NCBI GenBank assembly: GCA_038227875.1 | Contig: JBBRPR010000050.1 | Span: forward strand, 1 to 64,000 | From: Planctomycetota bacterium | Lineage (GTDB): Bacteria > Planctomycetota > SZUA-567 > H5-PLA8 | DNA length: 64,000 bases | Direction: 5' to 3' | Shown: positions 10,192 through 20,244 of the stretch, piece by piece | How positions within the stretch are numbered: the first letter of the stretch is position 1 | Layout of the letters: every line of letters begins with the position of its first letter | Made by a program: the position numbers and the translations under genes | The notes under the pieces: model-generated | The model's input: the letters and a program-made list of their open reading frames with translations, nothing else | Databases searched by the model: none | Told to the model about the DNA's origin: nothing

Positions 10192-10214
10192 TCACCAATT
10201 CAATGGGTCCTGCA

Positions 10215-10250
10215 AACAAAAACTCCCCGCTAATGCGGGGAGTTTTTGTT
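10215..10250. terminator. Bidirectional intrinsic terminator
   Basis: AACAAAAACTCCCCGC-TAAT-GCGGGGAGTTTTTGTT between convergent genes. Confidence 0.9.
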
Positions 10251-10268
10251 CGTCGGTCCTCAGTCCCT

Positions 10269-11570
10269 TCAGCGGCAGCCGAGAATGCTCGCGCAATTCG
10301 TCAGCAGAATCCGCTCCGCCAGCGCCAGCGCGCTGGTCACATCCATCGGTTCCAGCGTCGTCGTGCCGCCGATCTGGCCTTCTTCGATCCGTTCGGCCAG
10401 TTCCATCGCCAACTGCAGGCGGTAGGTGTTGAACTTCGGCAACGTGAATTCCAGCGAGTACCCGTCGGAATGGAAGCCGATGAACTTCGTCCGCGGCAGC
10501 ACGTCCAGCCGGCGGCGCAGTTCGCGGCGGATGTCCACGGGATTGTTCGCGTACCACCAATGGCTCATCGGATAAACGTTGTGGCGAATCCAGCCCATTG
10601 CCGCTAATTCCAAGCCCGCGGTGTCGCTGACCACCATGAACGGAAAGCGCACATCAGAGTACGTATTCAAAAGCTTGTCGTAGCCGCGCAGATGGGCGTC
10701 GCAACGGAACAGATCCTGCCCAGCCGGAACGCCCTGCGGATATACGCCGCGGTCGGCACCGGCCATCAAACAGTACGGCGTCTTGACGCGGCGGCACTGC
10801 TTGGTGATCTCTTCGACGGCGAAGCTGGCCCACGTGCGCTTGGACTGATCGTCAAGCATCTGACCATCGGCAAGTTTCTTCAGCAAGGCCGGAGCCTGTG
10901 CTTCCGCGTTTTCGACAAAAGTAAAGCTCGGCGGCAAGCCCACCGCTGCGTAGCCCATCTTCCAGTCGCGGAAATTGGAGAAGATCGTCGTCAGCGCCGC
11001 GCGCCAGGCCCCAATGCTCGCTCCGGTTTTCGTGCCGGTCATCTTGTCGAGGCGTTCGACCATCTTGTTCACGTCGGCGTTGAAGACCAGGTCGTCGGTG
11101 CGCAGACACGGCACCAGGCGGCTGTCTTTCAGGCCCGAAAGATCTTCATCGAACTGATTGGTCAGGTACACCTGCTTGATGTTCGAGCGCTCCCACACCT
11201 TCTGAGCGTACGACTTGTCGCGGATCACGGCCTGCGCGCGCTTGACGATGTCGGCCTTCGTTTTCGAGAACCAATCGCCGCGCGGAATGTCGAGGAAAAC
11301 CTCGCTGATGCCCATCATCCAATCCAGCTGCACCGTGCCGCGCAGGTCGACGAGATGCGGCCAGACATAATCGATACGTTCATCCGGATCGTCGGGCAGC
11401 GGCACCGGCGTCCCGCGCGAACTGTTGCTCAGCTCCGTGTAGTAATGGTAGCCCAGCAGATCGCCGAAATGGGCGGCCACCGGCTGATGCGCGCGGACGT
11501 GCGTATGCGGATCGATGATCGGCATCTTGCGGAGTTCTTCGAGCAGCGTTTTGACCAGCGCGGTGTTCAT
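10269..11570 (-). CDS. Amidohydrolase-superfamily protein, uronate isomerase-like
   Basis: IIDPHTH, LGYHYY, PCLRTDDL, SHWWY, FHSDGYSLEF; start MNTAL at 11570. Confidence 0.7.
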   Translation of the reverse strand: MNTALVKTLLEELRKMPIIDPHTHVRAHQPVAAHFGDLLGYHYYTELSNSSRGTPVPLPDDPDERIDYVWPHLVDLRGTVQLDWMMGISEVFLDIPRGDWFSKTKADIVKRAQAVIRDKSYAQKVWERSNIKQVYLTNQFDEDLSGLKDSRLVPCLRTDDLVFNADVNKMVERLDKMTGTKTGASIGAWRAALTTIFSNFRDWKMGYAAVGLPPSFTFVENAEAQAPALLKKLADGQMLDDQSKRTWASFAVEEITKQCRRVKTPYCLMAGADRGVYPQGVPAGQDLFRCDAHLRGYDKLLNTYSDVRFPFMVVSDTAGLELAAMGWIRHNVYPMSHWWYANNPVDIRRELRRRLDVLPRTKFIGFHSDGYSLEFTLPKFNTYRLQLAMELAERIEEGQIGGTTTLEPMDVTSALALAERILLTNCASILGCR

Positions 11571-11639
11571 CGTCGATTTCTCCAAACGAAGCGTTGTCGC
11601 AAAAGATTCCACGCACCCAGCAACGCCGCAACGACCTAT

Positions 11640-11677
11640 TTGGAGTGACTCGGGCCATCTGGCCCGAGTCACTCCAA
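11640..11677. repeat. Perfect 18-bp stem palindrome (REP-like)
   Basis: TTGGAGTGACTCGGGCCA-TC-TGGCCCGAGTCACTCCAA. Confidence 0.75.
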
Positions 11678-11721
11678 TGCGCGGCGTCCCATCAGGTTAA
11701 TGCGATGTCAGCAGACATGCA

Positions 11722-11760
11722 ACGGCCCGCTGGTTTGCGGTGAGCAATCCAGCGGGCCGT
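11722..11760 (-). terminator. Hairpin downstream of rpmA, probable terminator
   Basis: ACGGCCCGCTGG...CCAGCGGGCCGT 12-bp stem, 15 nt after the rpmA stop; weak U-tract. Confidence 0.5.
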
Positions 11761-11775
11761 CGAAAATTCAAATGT

Positions 11776-12060
11776 TTACTTCGTGGCGGCGGCTTTTTCG
11801 GCTTCGACTTCCGCGACCGGAATCACGTGTACGCGCTTGGCGGACGTGCGATCGAAGCGAACGACGCCTTCAGCCAAAGCGAAGAGCGTGTAATCGCGGC
11901 CGAGACCGACGTTGCGGCCCGCCCGGAAGACCGTTCCGCGCTGGCGCAGAATGATGTTGCCCGGAATGACCACTTCACCACCGTAATGCTTCACGCCAAG
12001 ATACTTCGGCTTGCTGTCGCGACCGTTCTTGGATGAGCCCTGACCCTGTTTATGTGCCAT
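11776..12060 (-). CDS. rpmA: 50S ribosomal protein L27
   Basis: [50 protein letters not shown]. Confidence 0.98.
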   Translation of the reverse strand: MAHKQGQGSSKNGRDSKPKYLGVKHYGGEVVIPGNIILRQRGTVFRAGRNVGLGRDYTLFALAEGVVRFDRTSAKRVHVIPVAEVEAEKAAATK

Positions 12061-12140
12061 GAGTGACGTCCTTTAAAACAAAAAAGCGAACCCAAACGTT
12101 CGCCGAATCGAAGCAGAAAATCTAACGCAGGCTTCCGGCA

Positions 12141-13271
12141 TTAGCAAGCTGATTTTAGGGATATACGCTCCAATAAGGGAGTGAGATTTTTTTGAATATC
12201 AAAATCCCGCTCTACCAGCTGCCGCGCGGCGGCCACCTTCCGGGGCACAATATTGCGATGGGCAGCAGCCATGGCCTCGGCCAGCAACCGGAAATTCCGC
12301 TCCGGAACAACGGTCCCGGTCTCCGGCGTGAGAATTTCAGGAAGGCTGCCCGCGCCGGTGCCGATCACCGGTAATCCAGCCGCGAAGGCTTCGAGAATCA
12401 CATTTGGAATGCCGTCGGCGTCCCCGTCCCCGGCCGTTTCGTATGGCGCCACCAGCGCGGTCGCGGTCTGAAAAACCGTCAATAATTCCAGCGATCCCAT
12501 CGGGGGCGTGAAGCGGATGCGGGATTCGAGATTCATTTTCCGAACCAGTTTCTCCAGCGACTTCTGCTCCGGCCCGTCGCCGATCAATTCCAGCTCAGCA
12601 CCGGATCCGGACATGCGCGGGTCACTCATGGCCTCAATCACGTACTGCAGGCCTTTCTTCTCGACGAACCGGCAGACGGCAATGAACTTTGGCTTGCTCC
12701 GTTCCGATTCTCCATGATCGGTGAAGGGAAATCGATCCAGCGGCAAGCCATGATGCATGCACGTGACCCGGGTCGCCCCGCGGGCTTTCAGAAATTCCAA
12801 CGCGCGGCAGTGGCAGGTAAAGATGTGGGATGCGTCGGCAATCTTCGCGTCGAGTTCCCGCGCCTCCACAAACAGGTCGCGCGCGTGCACCGAAATCGAA
12901 TACGGCACGTTCGCGCCCATGGCCGCAAAGCGGCCCACGCTCGACGGCACATTCGCGAAGTGACTGTGAATGTGTTCAAAGCCTTCGTTCAGGACGATGC
13001 GTTCCAGTTCTCCCGCCGCCTTGGTCGTGGAATTCACATCGCGATTGATGATTGGGATCGTGCCGTAGCTCAGCGGCAACAACCGGCTGCGATTTAACAG
13101 CCCCTCCCACTCCGAATCGTCGCCGAACGGCAGCGTGCCCTGCTTGAAATGAAACACCGTGAAGTCGACGCCGCGCCGCTTCAATTCCTGCAATTCGCGC
13201 GCAATGAACCGCTCGCTCCATTTCGGAAACGTGTCGACGACGACGGCGAGTTTGCGGTACTTGGCTTTCAT
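12141..13271 (-). CDS. GT4-family glycosyltransferase (WcaL-like)
   Basis: SERFIARE, HIHSHF, RFVEKKG, DGIPNVILEAFAAGLPVI. Confidence 0.9.
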   Translation of the reverse strand: MKAKYRKLAVVVDTFPKWSERFIARELQELKRRGVDFTVFHFKQGTLPFGDDSEWEGLLNRSRLLPLSYGTIPIINRDVNSTTKAAGELERIVLNEGFEHIHSHFANVPSSVGRFAAMGANVPYSISVHARDLFVEARELDAKIADASHIFTCHCRALEFLKARGATRVTCMHHGLPLDRFPFTDHGESERSKPKFIAVCRFVEKKGLQYVIEAMSDPRMSGSGAELELIGDGPEQKSLEKLVRKMNLESRIRFTPPMGSLELLTVFQTATALVAPYETAGDGDADGIPNVILEAFAAGLPVIGTGAGSLPEILTPETGTVVPERNFRLLAEAMAAAHRNIVPRKVAAARQLVERDFDIQKNLTPLLERISLKSAC

Positions 13272-14246
13272 CTACTCTCGCGGATCAAACTTCGATACTT
13301 TCGCAAGCGCTTCCCACGCCTCGCGCTCCGCCTTGGTCAGCGTCTTCGGCATGGCGATGCGGATGTGCGCGAACAGATCGCCATCCTCGCCGCGCGGATT
13401 GGGAATCCCCTTCCCTTTCAGGCGCAGCTTCTGCCCGCCGCTGGTGCCGGCCGGAATCGAGATCGACAATTCGCCCGTCAGCGTCTGCAACGGAATCTTG
13501 GCGCCGAGCGCCGCTTCCCACGGGGTCACGGCCAGGTCCACATTCAAGTCGCGGCCTTCCACGCGGAAACGGTCGTGGGGCGAAATCTCGACGGTGAGGT
13601 AAAGATCTCCCGGCGGCGCTTTGCCGGAACCCGGAGCGCCCTGGCCGCTCAGCCGGATTTTCTGCCCCGTGATGATGCCCTTGGGAATCTTGACATCGAA
13701 GTTGCGGCGTTTCGATTGGACGCGCCCGTCAGCGGTGACTTCCTGAACTTCCATTCCGATTGTCCGTTCCGCACCGCGCATCGCGTCTTCCAGCGGAATA
13801 TGGATGCGGTAGTCCTGATCCTCTCCGGGGATGTCGCGCGGCACGCGCCGGCCGGAACCGGCCCGCGAACGCGGCCCGCCGAACCCGCCGGCGCCGGCAA
13901 AATTTCCGCCGAAGAGAGATTCGAAAAAGTCGCTGAAGTCCGACGCGTTCACCCCGCCGCCCATCCCGCCCGCTCCGGTGGAGTACGACCAGCCGTTCGG
14001 CGGCGTGAATTCCTCGCCCTGCTGCCAGGCCGAGCCAAGCCGGTCGTATTTCGCGCGTTTCTCGGGATCGCTCAGGACTTCGTTGGCTTCGTTGAGCTCT
14101 TTGAATTTGTCCTCCGCGCCGGCCGCTTTGTTCACGTCCGGATGGTACTTGCGCGCCGCTTTGCGAAACGCCGTGCGGATCTCATCCTGCGTCGCCGTCC
14201 GCGCGACCCCCAGGATCTCGTAGTAGTCTTTGAATTTCACTGCCAT
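13272..14246 (-). CDS. cbpA: DnaJ-class co-chaperone, CbpA-like (no zinc finger)
   Basis: KDYYEILGV, YHPDVN, G/F-rich linker, DFSDFFESLFG, GQKLRLKGKG. Confidence 0.85.
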   Translation of the reverse strand: MAVKFKDYYEILGVARTATQDEIRTAFRKAARKYHPDVNKAAGAEDKFKELNEANEVLSDPEKRAKYDRLGSAWQQGEEFTPPNGWSYSTGAGGMGGGVNASDFSDFFESLFGGNFAGAGGFGGPRSRAGSGRRVPRDIPGEDQDYRIHIPLEDAMRGAERTIGMEVQEVTADGRVQSKRRNFDVKIPKGIITGQKIRLSGQGAPGSGKAPPGDLYLTVEISPHDRFRVEGRDLNVDLAVTPWEAALGAKIPLQTLTGELSISIPAGTSGGQKLRLKGKGIPNPRGEDGDLFAHIRIAMPKTLTKAEREAWEALAKVSKFDPRE

Positions 14247-14337
14247 GGTCAGGTTCTCGTTTCAGGTGGAGCCATCGGTTCGTCATCTATCTTCATTCTA
14301 ACGCGCCTCGCGGGGATTCAACACACAGAATGCCCCG

Positions 14338-16173
14338 TCACGGCGCGAATGCCGCGTCCTTCAACATCTCCTGCGCCTTCTTGAAGACCTCCGACTCGCT
14401 GGTGATCGCCTGAAGATCGTTCCGGGCGCCGGCGAGCAGTTTGGCTTTCGTCTCCGCATCGGTCGTCGCGCTCCGGGCCCAGGCCAGCGCCGCCATGGCG
14501 CGGATCAGCAGCGACTTGTCTTGGGCGTCGCCGACTTTCAACGCTTCCTGCGCCAGCTTGAACGCATTCGCCGGCGTGCCCGCGCGCAAATGGAGCGTCG
14601 CCAAGTCGCGCAGCGCTGCCGATTGTGTCTCCGCCGAGCACCGAACACCCGGTGCAGGAAACGCGCTCAGTTTGAAAAACCCCTCGGCCTTCTGCAGGTC
14701 ACTGTGTTCATACGCGAATTCCCCGGCCTGCAGCGCCACAACCGTGAAGACCGTATGCCGCGTCGCGTCCGGAGATTTCAGAAACCGTTCGCGTTCGCGC
14801 TGCACTTTTTCCAGCATCCCTGGATCCTTCGTCTCCACCCAGGCCTGAGCGTACGCCTGCGAAAGCGGATAGTGCGACCACGCCGCGTCCGGCTGCTTGA
14901 TGGCCGCGTCTTCAAACAAGGTCTGCGTGCTTTGAAACGCCGCACTGCGTGCCACCGCGATGGCACTGAAGGCGACGATGCTCAGCGCCCCGGCCAGGCG
15001 CAGCAATTGCGGCGTGAGCGCCGTGACGCGGTCCGACAGGCCCAGCAGCGCTTCTGTCAGCGCCAGAAAAAATCCCGGCAGTGACAGGTACACGTAGCGG
15101 TCCTGCATCGGGTAGAAAATCGAAATGATGTTCAAACACGGCACCAGCGCGATGAAAAACCAGAGCCAGCCGAACACCGCACGCCGGCGGCTGCGCGCCA
15201 GCCAGACCGTTCCGCCCACCACCGTCGCCAGCAGCAGCGTGTAGGCCAGAAGCCGTACGCTTGCCAGCGAGACGATCGGTTCCACCGAATACGCGATGCT
15301 CAAGCTGACCGGCGCAATCATCGCGCCGATGTAGCGGGCGAGAATTTCCGTATCGGTGAGCAGCGCCGTGAACACCGAGCCGCCCGGCGGGGCGATGATC
15401 GTCGCTTCGTGGCCAATCAAATTCATGCGCAGATCAAACAACGCTGCGGCAACGAGTGGAATCAAGGTCAAGCCCGCTCGCGTCCACGCCGGACTGGGCC
15501 GCAAATTCAAACTGCGCTCGCCGCGCAATCCCGCCGCGCCGCCGCAGAGTTCCAGAATCGGAAACAGCGGCAGCAACCCCAGCGCGCTGGGCTTGCTGAA
15601 GAGCGCCAAAGCGTATAGCACGCTGGTCAGCGACACCCGCAGCCACGCCTTCTCCACGCGCAAGAACGTGAACAGCGACGCGAACCCGAAGAGTGCAGCC
15701 AGCGCGTTCTTGCGCTCGGAAACCCAGCAGACGGTCTCACACGCCATCGGATGGCCGGCAAAAACGAGCGCGATAAACAGCGCCTGCCCCGTCGAAGCGC
15801 CAATCAGCAGCAGCAACCGCCACAGTACGATCGCCGCGCAGACGTGATAGAGACACGTCATCAGCCGCACGACCGGCGCCCAGTTTTCCGTCCCCGTCGG
15901 CGCAAGATGCTGACCGAACAGCACGTAATCGATGCGGTAACTGATAAACGTAATCGGACGATACGTATCCGACGGCGTGTTGAACAACTCGAGCAGCGGG
16001 GCTTTGCCGAAAATCTGCGGGACCTCAAAAATGTGCGCCGTGTCGTCGTAACTCAGGAAGCGCACGTTCCAGCATTGCGTCAGCAGCAGCAACCCGGCCA
16101 GTGCCATCAGCACCGGTTGCCAGAGCTGCGAAGGCGAGCGGCTCGCTGAAAGTGGTGCGGCGTTCGTCTCCAT
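14338..16173 (-). CDS. TMTC-like GT-C protein glycosyltransferase with helical/TPR-like C-terminus (paralog 2)
   Basis: YDD, YRPIT, HPMACETVCWVSERKN, SKPSA, MQDRYVYL; many TM segments. Confidence 0.8.
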   Translation of the reverse strand: METNAAPLSASRSPSQLWQPVLMALAGLLLLTQCWNVRFLSYDDTAHIFEVPQIFGKAPLLELFNTPSDTYRPITFISYRIDYVLFGQHLAPTGTENWAPVVRLMTCLYHVCAAIVLWRLLLLIGASTGQALFIALVFAGHPMACETVCWVSERKNALAALFGFASLFTFLRVEKAWLRVSLTSVLYALALFSKPSALGLLPLFPILELCGGAAGLRGERSLNLRPSPAWTRAGLTLIPLVAAALFDLRMNLIGHEATIIAPPGGSVFTALLTDTEILARYIGAMIAPVSLSIAYSVEPIVSLASVRLLAYTLLLATVVGGTVWLARSRRRAVFGWLWFFIALVPCLNIISIFYPMQDRYVYLSLPGFFLALTEALLGLSDRVTALTPQLLRLAGALSIVAFSAIAVARSAAFQSTQTLFEDAAIKQPDAAWSHYPLSQAYAQAWVETKDPGMLEKVQRERERFLKSPDATRHTVFTVVALQAGEFAYEHSDLQKAEGFFKLSAFPAPGVRCSAETQSAALRDLATLHLRAGTPANAFKLAQEALKVGDAQDKSLLIRAMAALAWARSATTDAETKAKLLAGARNDLQAITSESEVFKKAQEMLKDAAFAP

Positions 16174-16185
16174 CCATCGCACCTT

Positions 16186-18030
16186 TTAGTGAACGGGCCC
16201 GGTTTGCTTAAGCAACTCTTGCGCGGACGCATAGACCTCGGACGAGGCCGACACCTGTTCCAGATCCGTGCGCGCCGACTTCATCAGTTCCTGCGCTGCG
16301 CCAGCATCTCCTGATTTCTGCTTCGACAGCGCCACTTCGATGCGTGCGCGAACGTACCGCGAGTAATCGCGGTCCGCATCCACGTCCAGCGCCGCGGTCG
16401 CAAAGGAGAGTGCCTCGACCAGATTTTGCTGCTGCAGTTTCAGCATCGCCATTCCGCGCAGCGCCGAAGCGCGAACCTTCGGCGTCGCGATGATTCCGGG
16501 CTCCGGATGCGCGGCCACCAGGTAAAGAGTCTCCGCCGTGCCCGCGGTGTTGCCGCTCTTGATCTGCGCCTGCGCTTCCTCCACGGACATGCGCGCGTAA
16601 TCGAAATGGCGCTTCACGTCCGGACACCTTAAGAAGACGCGCCGTTCCTCGTCAGCCTTCTGGCGAAATTCCTGGGCCTTCTGCTTCAGTTCCTCGCCGA
16701 TCGGTTCTGGCTGATGACTCAGTCGCTCGGAACTATGAATAAAGCCGAACATCAAACCGTAATGCGCATTGGAGGCCAGCGGTTGCTTCTGCGTCGCATC
16801 GAAGAAGAGCGTAAGCGAATCGACATAGTCGCCACCACGCACGAGACTGACCACCGCCAGCGCCGCAACAAACGTGACCGCCGCGATCCGCAGCGCGCCG
16901 GGTTGAACCTTCCAGCGTTGCGCCACTCCGGCATAGGCCTCCACGATGGCCAGAAAAACACCGGGCAAACTTAAATAAAGGTAGCGATCCTGCATCGGGT
17001 GCGAAATCGCAACGAAATTCAAGCACGGTCCCAGTGCGCCGACCGCCCAGATCCATCCAAAGATCGCACGTCGCCGGTTCGGCGCCAGCCAGATCGTCAG
17101 CGCCGCGAAGGCCCCCAACGCCGCGCCATATCCCCAAAGCCGCGGGCTGAGCACCGACATGATCGGCTCAACGTAATAGACGAAACTCAAGCCCAGCGGC
17201 ACGAGCAACGAACGAACATAGCGCGCGAGGATTTCGACGTCCGTCAGCGCCGCCGTGAAAATCGATCCGCCTGGCGGCGGCACGCGTGTCGCCGCGGTTC
17301 CGGCCATATTCATGTAGAGCACGAAAATGGAGATCACCACGAACGGCACTGCGCGCGCGGCTAGGCCCAGCCACTTTGCGCTGGGTTTCCACGACGTCTC
17401 GCCTTCTCCACGCAACCCTGCACGCCCGCCAAACAGATCGATCAGGACCAGCACCGGCAGAATGCCCAGCGCGCTGGGCTTGCTCAACGTCGCGAGCAAG
17501 TAAAGCAGTGCCGCAACCGGAACCCGCCAGCTTTTTGTTTCGTGCGCGATGTAAATCCAGAGCGCCGCGAAGCCAAACGTTCCAGCCAGAATGTTCTTAC
17601 GCTCCGACGCCCAGCACACCGATTCGCAGGCCGTTGGATGCACCGCGAACACAAACGCGACGAACAACGCCGCGCCGCGAGACACCCCGATCTCCTGCAG
17701 AAAACGGAGCAGCATGTACGCCGCCGCCGCGTGATAGACGCAGTTCATCAGCCGAATCGCGAACGACCAGTCGGGAACGACGCTGCTGTTTTCCATCCAC
17801 TGCCCCAGCAGCAGATAATCCGCACGGTAACTTAAAATCGTGACTGGCAGGTATTCAAATTCGACCGGCGGCTTGAACAATTCCAGAATAGATCCGCGAC
17901 CAAAGATCTGCGGGATGAGGTGGATGTGCGCGACATCGTCGTAGCCGAGAAATTCCGCGTTCCAGCAATTCCAAATCAGCACCGACGACGCGACGAAGAG
18001 AAGAAGTCCGATGCCGAGGTCGCGACGCAT
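16186..18030 (-). CDS. TMTC-like GT-C protein glycosyltransferase with helical/TPR-like C-terminus (paralog 1)
   Basis: YDD, YLPVT, HPTACESVCWASERKN, SKPSA, MQDRYLYL. Confidence 0.8.
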   Translation of the reverse strand: MRRDLGIGLLLFVASSVLIWNCWNAEFLGYDDVAHIHLIPQIFGRGSILELFKPPVEFEYLPVTILSYRADYLLLGQWMENSSVVPDWSFAIRLMNCVYHAAAAYMLLRFLQEIGVSRGAALFVAFVFAVHPTACESVCWASERKNILAGTFGFAALWIYIAHETKSWRVPVAALLYLLATLSKPSALGILPVLVLIDLFGGRAGLRGEGETSWKPSAKWLGLAARAVPFVVISIFVLYMNMAGTAATRVPPPGGSIFTAALTDVEILARYVRSLLVPLGLSFVYYVEPIMSVLSPRLWGYGAALGAFAALTIWLAPNRRRAIFGWIWAVGALGPCLNFVAISHPMQDRYLYLSLPGVFLAIVEAYAGVAQRWKVQPGALRIAAVTFVAALAVVSLVRGGDYVDSLTLFFDATQKQPLASNAHYGLMFGFIHSSERLSHQPEPIGEELKQKAQEFRQKADEERRVFLRCPDVKRHFDYARMSVEEAQAQIKSGNTAGTAETLYLVAAHPEPGIIATPKVRASALRGMAMLKLQQQNLVEALSFATAALDVDADRDYSRYVRARIEVALSKQKSGDAGAAQELMKSARTDLEQVSASSEVYASAQELLKQTGPVH

Positions 18031-18086
18031 GTTCCCGATTGTACGTCTTTTCTATTTTGGTGCCACGGATGCGCGGGTTTTCGAGA

Positions 18087-18224
18087 TGTGCCATGGATGT
18101 GCGAATTTCTGAGCGCAGCGAAGAAATGCGCTCATCCGTGCGCGGCGCGCCGCCGATTCCGTGCGCAACGCACGGATGAGCGGCTGCTTTCGCTGCGCTC
18201 AAGCAGCCACACATCCATGGCACA
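18087..18224. repeat. 138-bp long imperfect palindrome (MITE/REP-like)
   Basis: Ends TGTGCCATGGATGTG / CACATCCATGGCACA; nested GAGCGCAGCGAA/TTCGCTGCGCTC and CGCTCATCCGTGCG/CGCACGGATGAGCG. Confidence 0.8.
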
Positions 18225-18226
18225 CT

Positions 18227-18529
18227 TCAACCCCAGGGATGAAGCAGAGCCGCGAGCAGGATCAGCACAATCAACACCACCGCGCCAACCACATATAAGG
18301 TAGGCAGCCGCCGCGGAATGGGCTGGCCGCGGTCACCGGTGTAGCTCTTACAGTACGGACACTCCACCACGCCGGTCGGCAGTTCCCGCCCGCATTTTGC
18401 GCAGGGAAAATCCTCGCCAGACGGATCCTTGAAGCAGTACGGACATTCAAAGACGCCGGCGAAAACCGTCTTGCCGCAGTGCGCGCACGCGGCGTAGGTC
18501 TCGCTGTCTTCGTCGGTGTCGTAGCTCAT
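18227..18529 (-). CDS. Double zinc-ribbon membrane protein
   Basis: Four CxxC motifs followed by a C-terminal TM helix; ATGA overlap with the mutase stop. Confidence 0.75.
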   Translation of the reverse strand: MSYDTDEDSETYAACAHCGKTVFAGVFECPYCFKDPSGEDFPCAKCGRELPTGVVECPYCKSYTGDRGQPIPRRLPTLYVVGAVVLIVLILLAALLHPWG

Positions 18530-20196
18530 ACCGCCGCGAGTTTATGATACTCGCCGTAAACTTTCCGGCAGACGTCGGCCATTTCGCTCAGCGTCACATT
18601 GGCTCGCGCACAGTCAACCAGCGCAGCCATCACGTTATGTTCGGCCGACGGAGCGTGCTGGCAGGCGTCTTCGAGCGCGCGTAATGTCGCATCCACTTTC
18701 AGAGCATCGCGCTCGGCCCGCATCCGCGCCAGGCCCTGCTTCTGCCGCTCTTCGAGTTGTGGATCGACATAGAGCGTCGGCGGTTCCGGCTCGGCGTCGT
18801 TGACATACGCATTGACGCCGATGATCAATCGCTTCTTCGTCTGCACTTCCTGCTGGTAGATGAAGCTCGACTTGGCAATCTCGCGCCGGAAGAATCCCGA
18901 ATCGATCGCCGCAAACATGCCGCCCTGTTCTTCGATGCGCTTGAAGTAGGCTTCTGCTTCGTTCTCGAGCCGCGTCGTCAGTTCTTCGATGTAGTAGCTG
19001 CCGCCGAGAGGATCGATGACGTTGGCAACGCCGGATTCGTGCGCCACGATCTGTTGTGTGCGCAGCGCGATCTGCACGGCCTTTTCCGTCGGGAGTGCCA
19101 GCGCCTCGTCGAAGCTGTTCGTGTGCAGGCTCTGCGTTCCACCCAGCACCGCGGCCAGTGCTTCGATGGCGGTGCGGACGATGTTGTTTTCCGGCTGCTG
19201 CGCGGTGAGCGACACGCCAGCCGTCTGCGCGTGCGTGCGCAGCATCATCGACTTGGGATTTTTCGCGCCGCGCTTTTTCATCTCGCGCGCCCAGATACGC
19301 CGCGCCGCGCGAAACTTCGCGATCTCTTCAAAGAACTCAATGTGCACGTCGAAAAAGAACGACAACCGCGGCGCGAAGTCGTCGATGTCCAGCCCCGCGC
19401 GCACGCCTTCATCAACATAGAAGAGGCCATCGGCGAGCGTGAACGCGAGTTCCTGTCCGGCGGTGCTACCGGCTTCGCGGATGTGGTAGCCGCTGATCGA
19501 GATCGTGTTCCACTGCGGCACATGTTTGGACGCGTACTTGAAAATGTCAGTGATGATGCGGACCGACGGCTCCGGCGGCACGAGCCACGAATTCTGTGCG
19601 TGGTATTCTTTCAAAATGTCGTTCTGAATTGTGCCGCGCAGTTTATCCAGCGGCACTTTCTGGCGTTCAGCGGCCGCGATGTAAAACGCAAAGAGCATCG
19701 CCGCGGGTCCGTTGATGGTCATTGACGTCGAGACGTCGCCCATCGGAATGTCTTTGAACAGGCGCTCCATGTCGTTGGTACAGGAGATCGCGACGCCGCA
19801 GCGCCCGACCTCGCCGCGGCTGCGGTTGTGATCGCTGTCGTAACCCATCAGTGTCGGGAAATCGAACGCGACGCTCAGCCCCGTCTGCCCTTGAGAGAGC
19901 AAATAGCGGAAGCGCTCGTTGGTCTCTTCGGCCGTCCCAAATCCCGCGAACTGCCGCATGGTCCAGAGCCGCCCGCGGTACATCGTGCCGTGAACGCCGC
20001 GCGTGTACGGAAACTCACCCGGAAATCCGAGATCGCGATCGTACTCCGTCCCCGCGATCTCTCGCGGCGTATAGAGCGGCTTGTTGGCCGTGCCCGACAT
20101 GGTCGTGAAACCGGCCGTGCCGTCGGTGCGCTCCGCCGATTTGGCGATCGCTTTTTCGTACGCGGCCTGGGCGTCGGATTTGCTGGGTGTGGTCAT
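18526..20196 (-). CDS. Methylmalonyl-CoA mutase family, N-terminal (substrate-binding) subunit
   Basis: PGEFPYTRG, WTMRQFAGF, GTIQNDILKEY, ISISGYHIREAG, LGGTQSLHTN; no B12-binding domain. Confidence 0.93.
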   Translation of the reverse strand: MTTPSKSDAQAAYEKAIAKSAERTDGTAGFTTMSGTANKPLYTPREIAGTEYDRDLGFPGEFPYTRGVHGTMYRGRLWTMRQFAGFGTAEETNERFRYLLSQGQTGLSVAFDFPTLMGYDSDHNRSRGEVGRCGVAISCTNDMERLFKDIPMGDVSTSMTINGPAAMLFAFYIAAAERQKVPLDKLRGTIQNDILKEYHAQNSWLVPPEPSVRIITDIFKYASKHVPQWNTISISGYHIREAGSTAGQELAFTLADGLFYVDEGVRAGLDIDDFAPRLSFFFDVHIEFFEEIAKFRAARRIWAREMKKRGAKNPKSMMLRTHAQTAGVSLTAQQPENNIVRTAIEALAAVLGGTQSLHTNSFDEALALPTEKAVQIALRTQQIVAHESGVANVIDPLGGSYYIEELTTRLENEAEAYFKRIEEQGGMFAAIDSGFFRREIAKSSFIYQQEVQTKKRLIIGVNAYVNDAEPEPPTLYVDPQLEERQKQGLARMRAERDALKVDATLRALEDACQHAPSAEHNVMAALVDCARANVTLSEMADVCRKVYGEYHKLAAV

Positions 20197-20244
20197 GGGT
20201 GTCGGCTCGCCTTGAGTTGTTCGGAACCCGGAACGGTTCTGAAA

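Noticed and set aside
17855..18303. Two mutually similar ORFs on opposite strands (PWMC..AHPC..RTDER..TSMAH)
   Set aside because: Artefact of translating the 138-bp palindrome.
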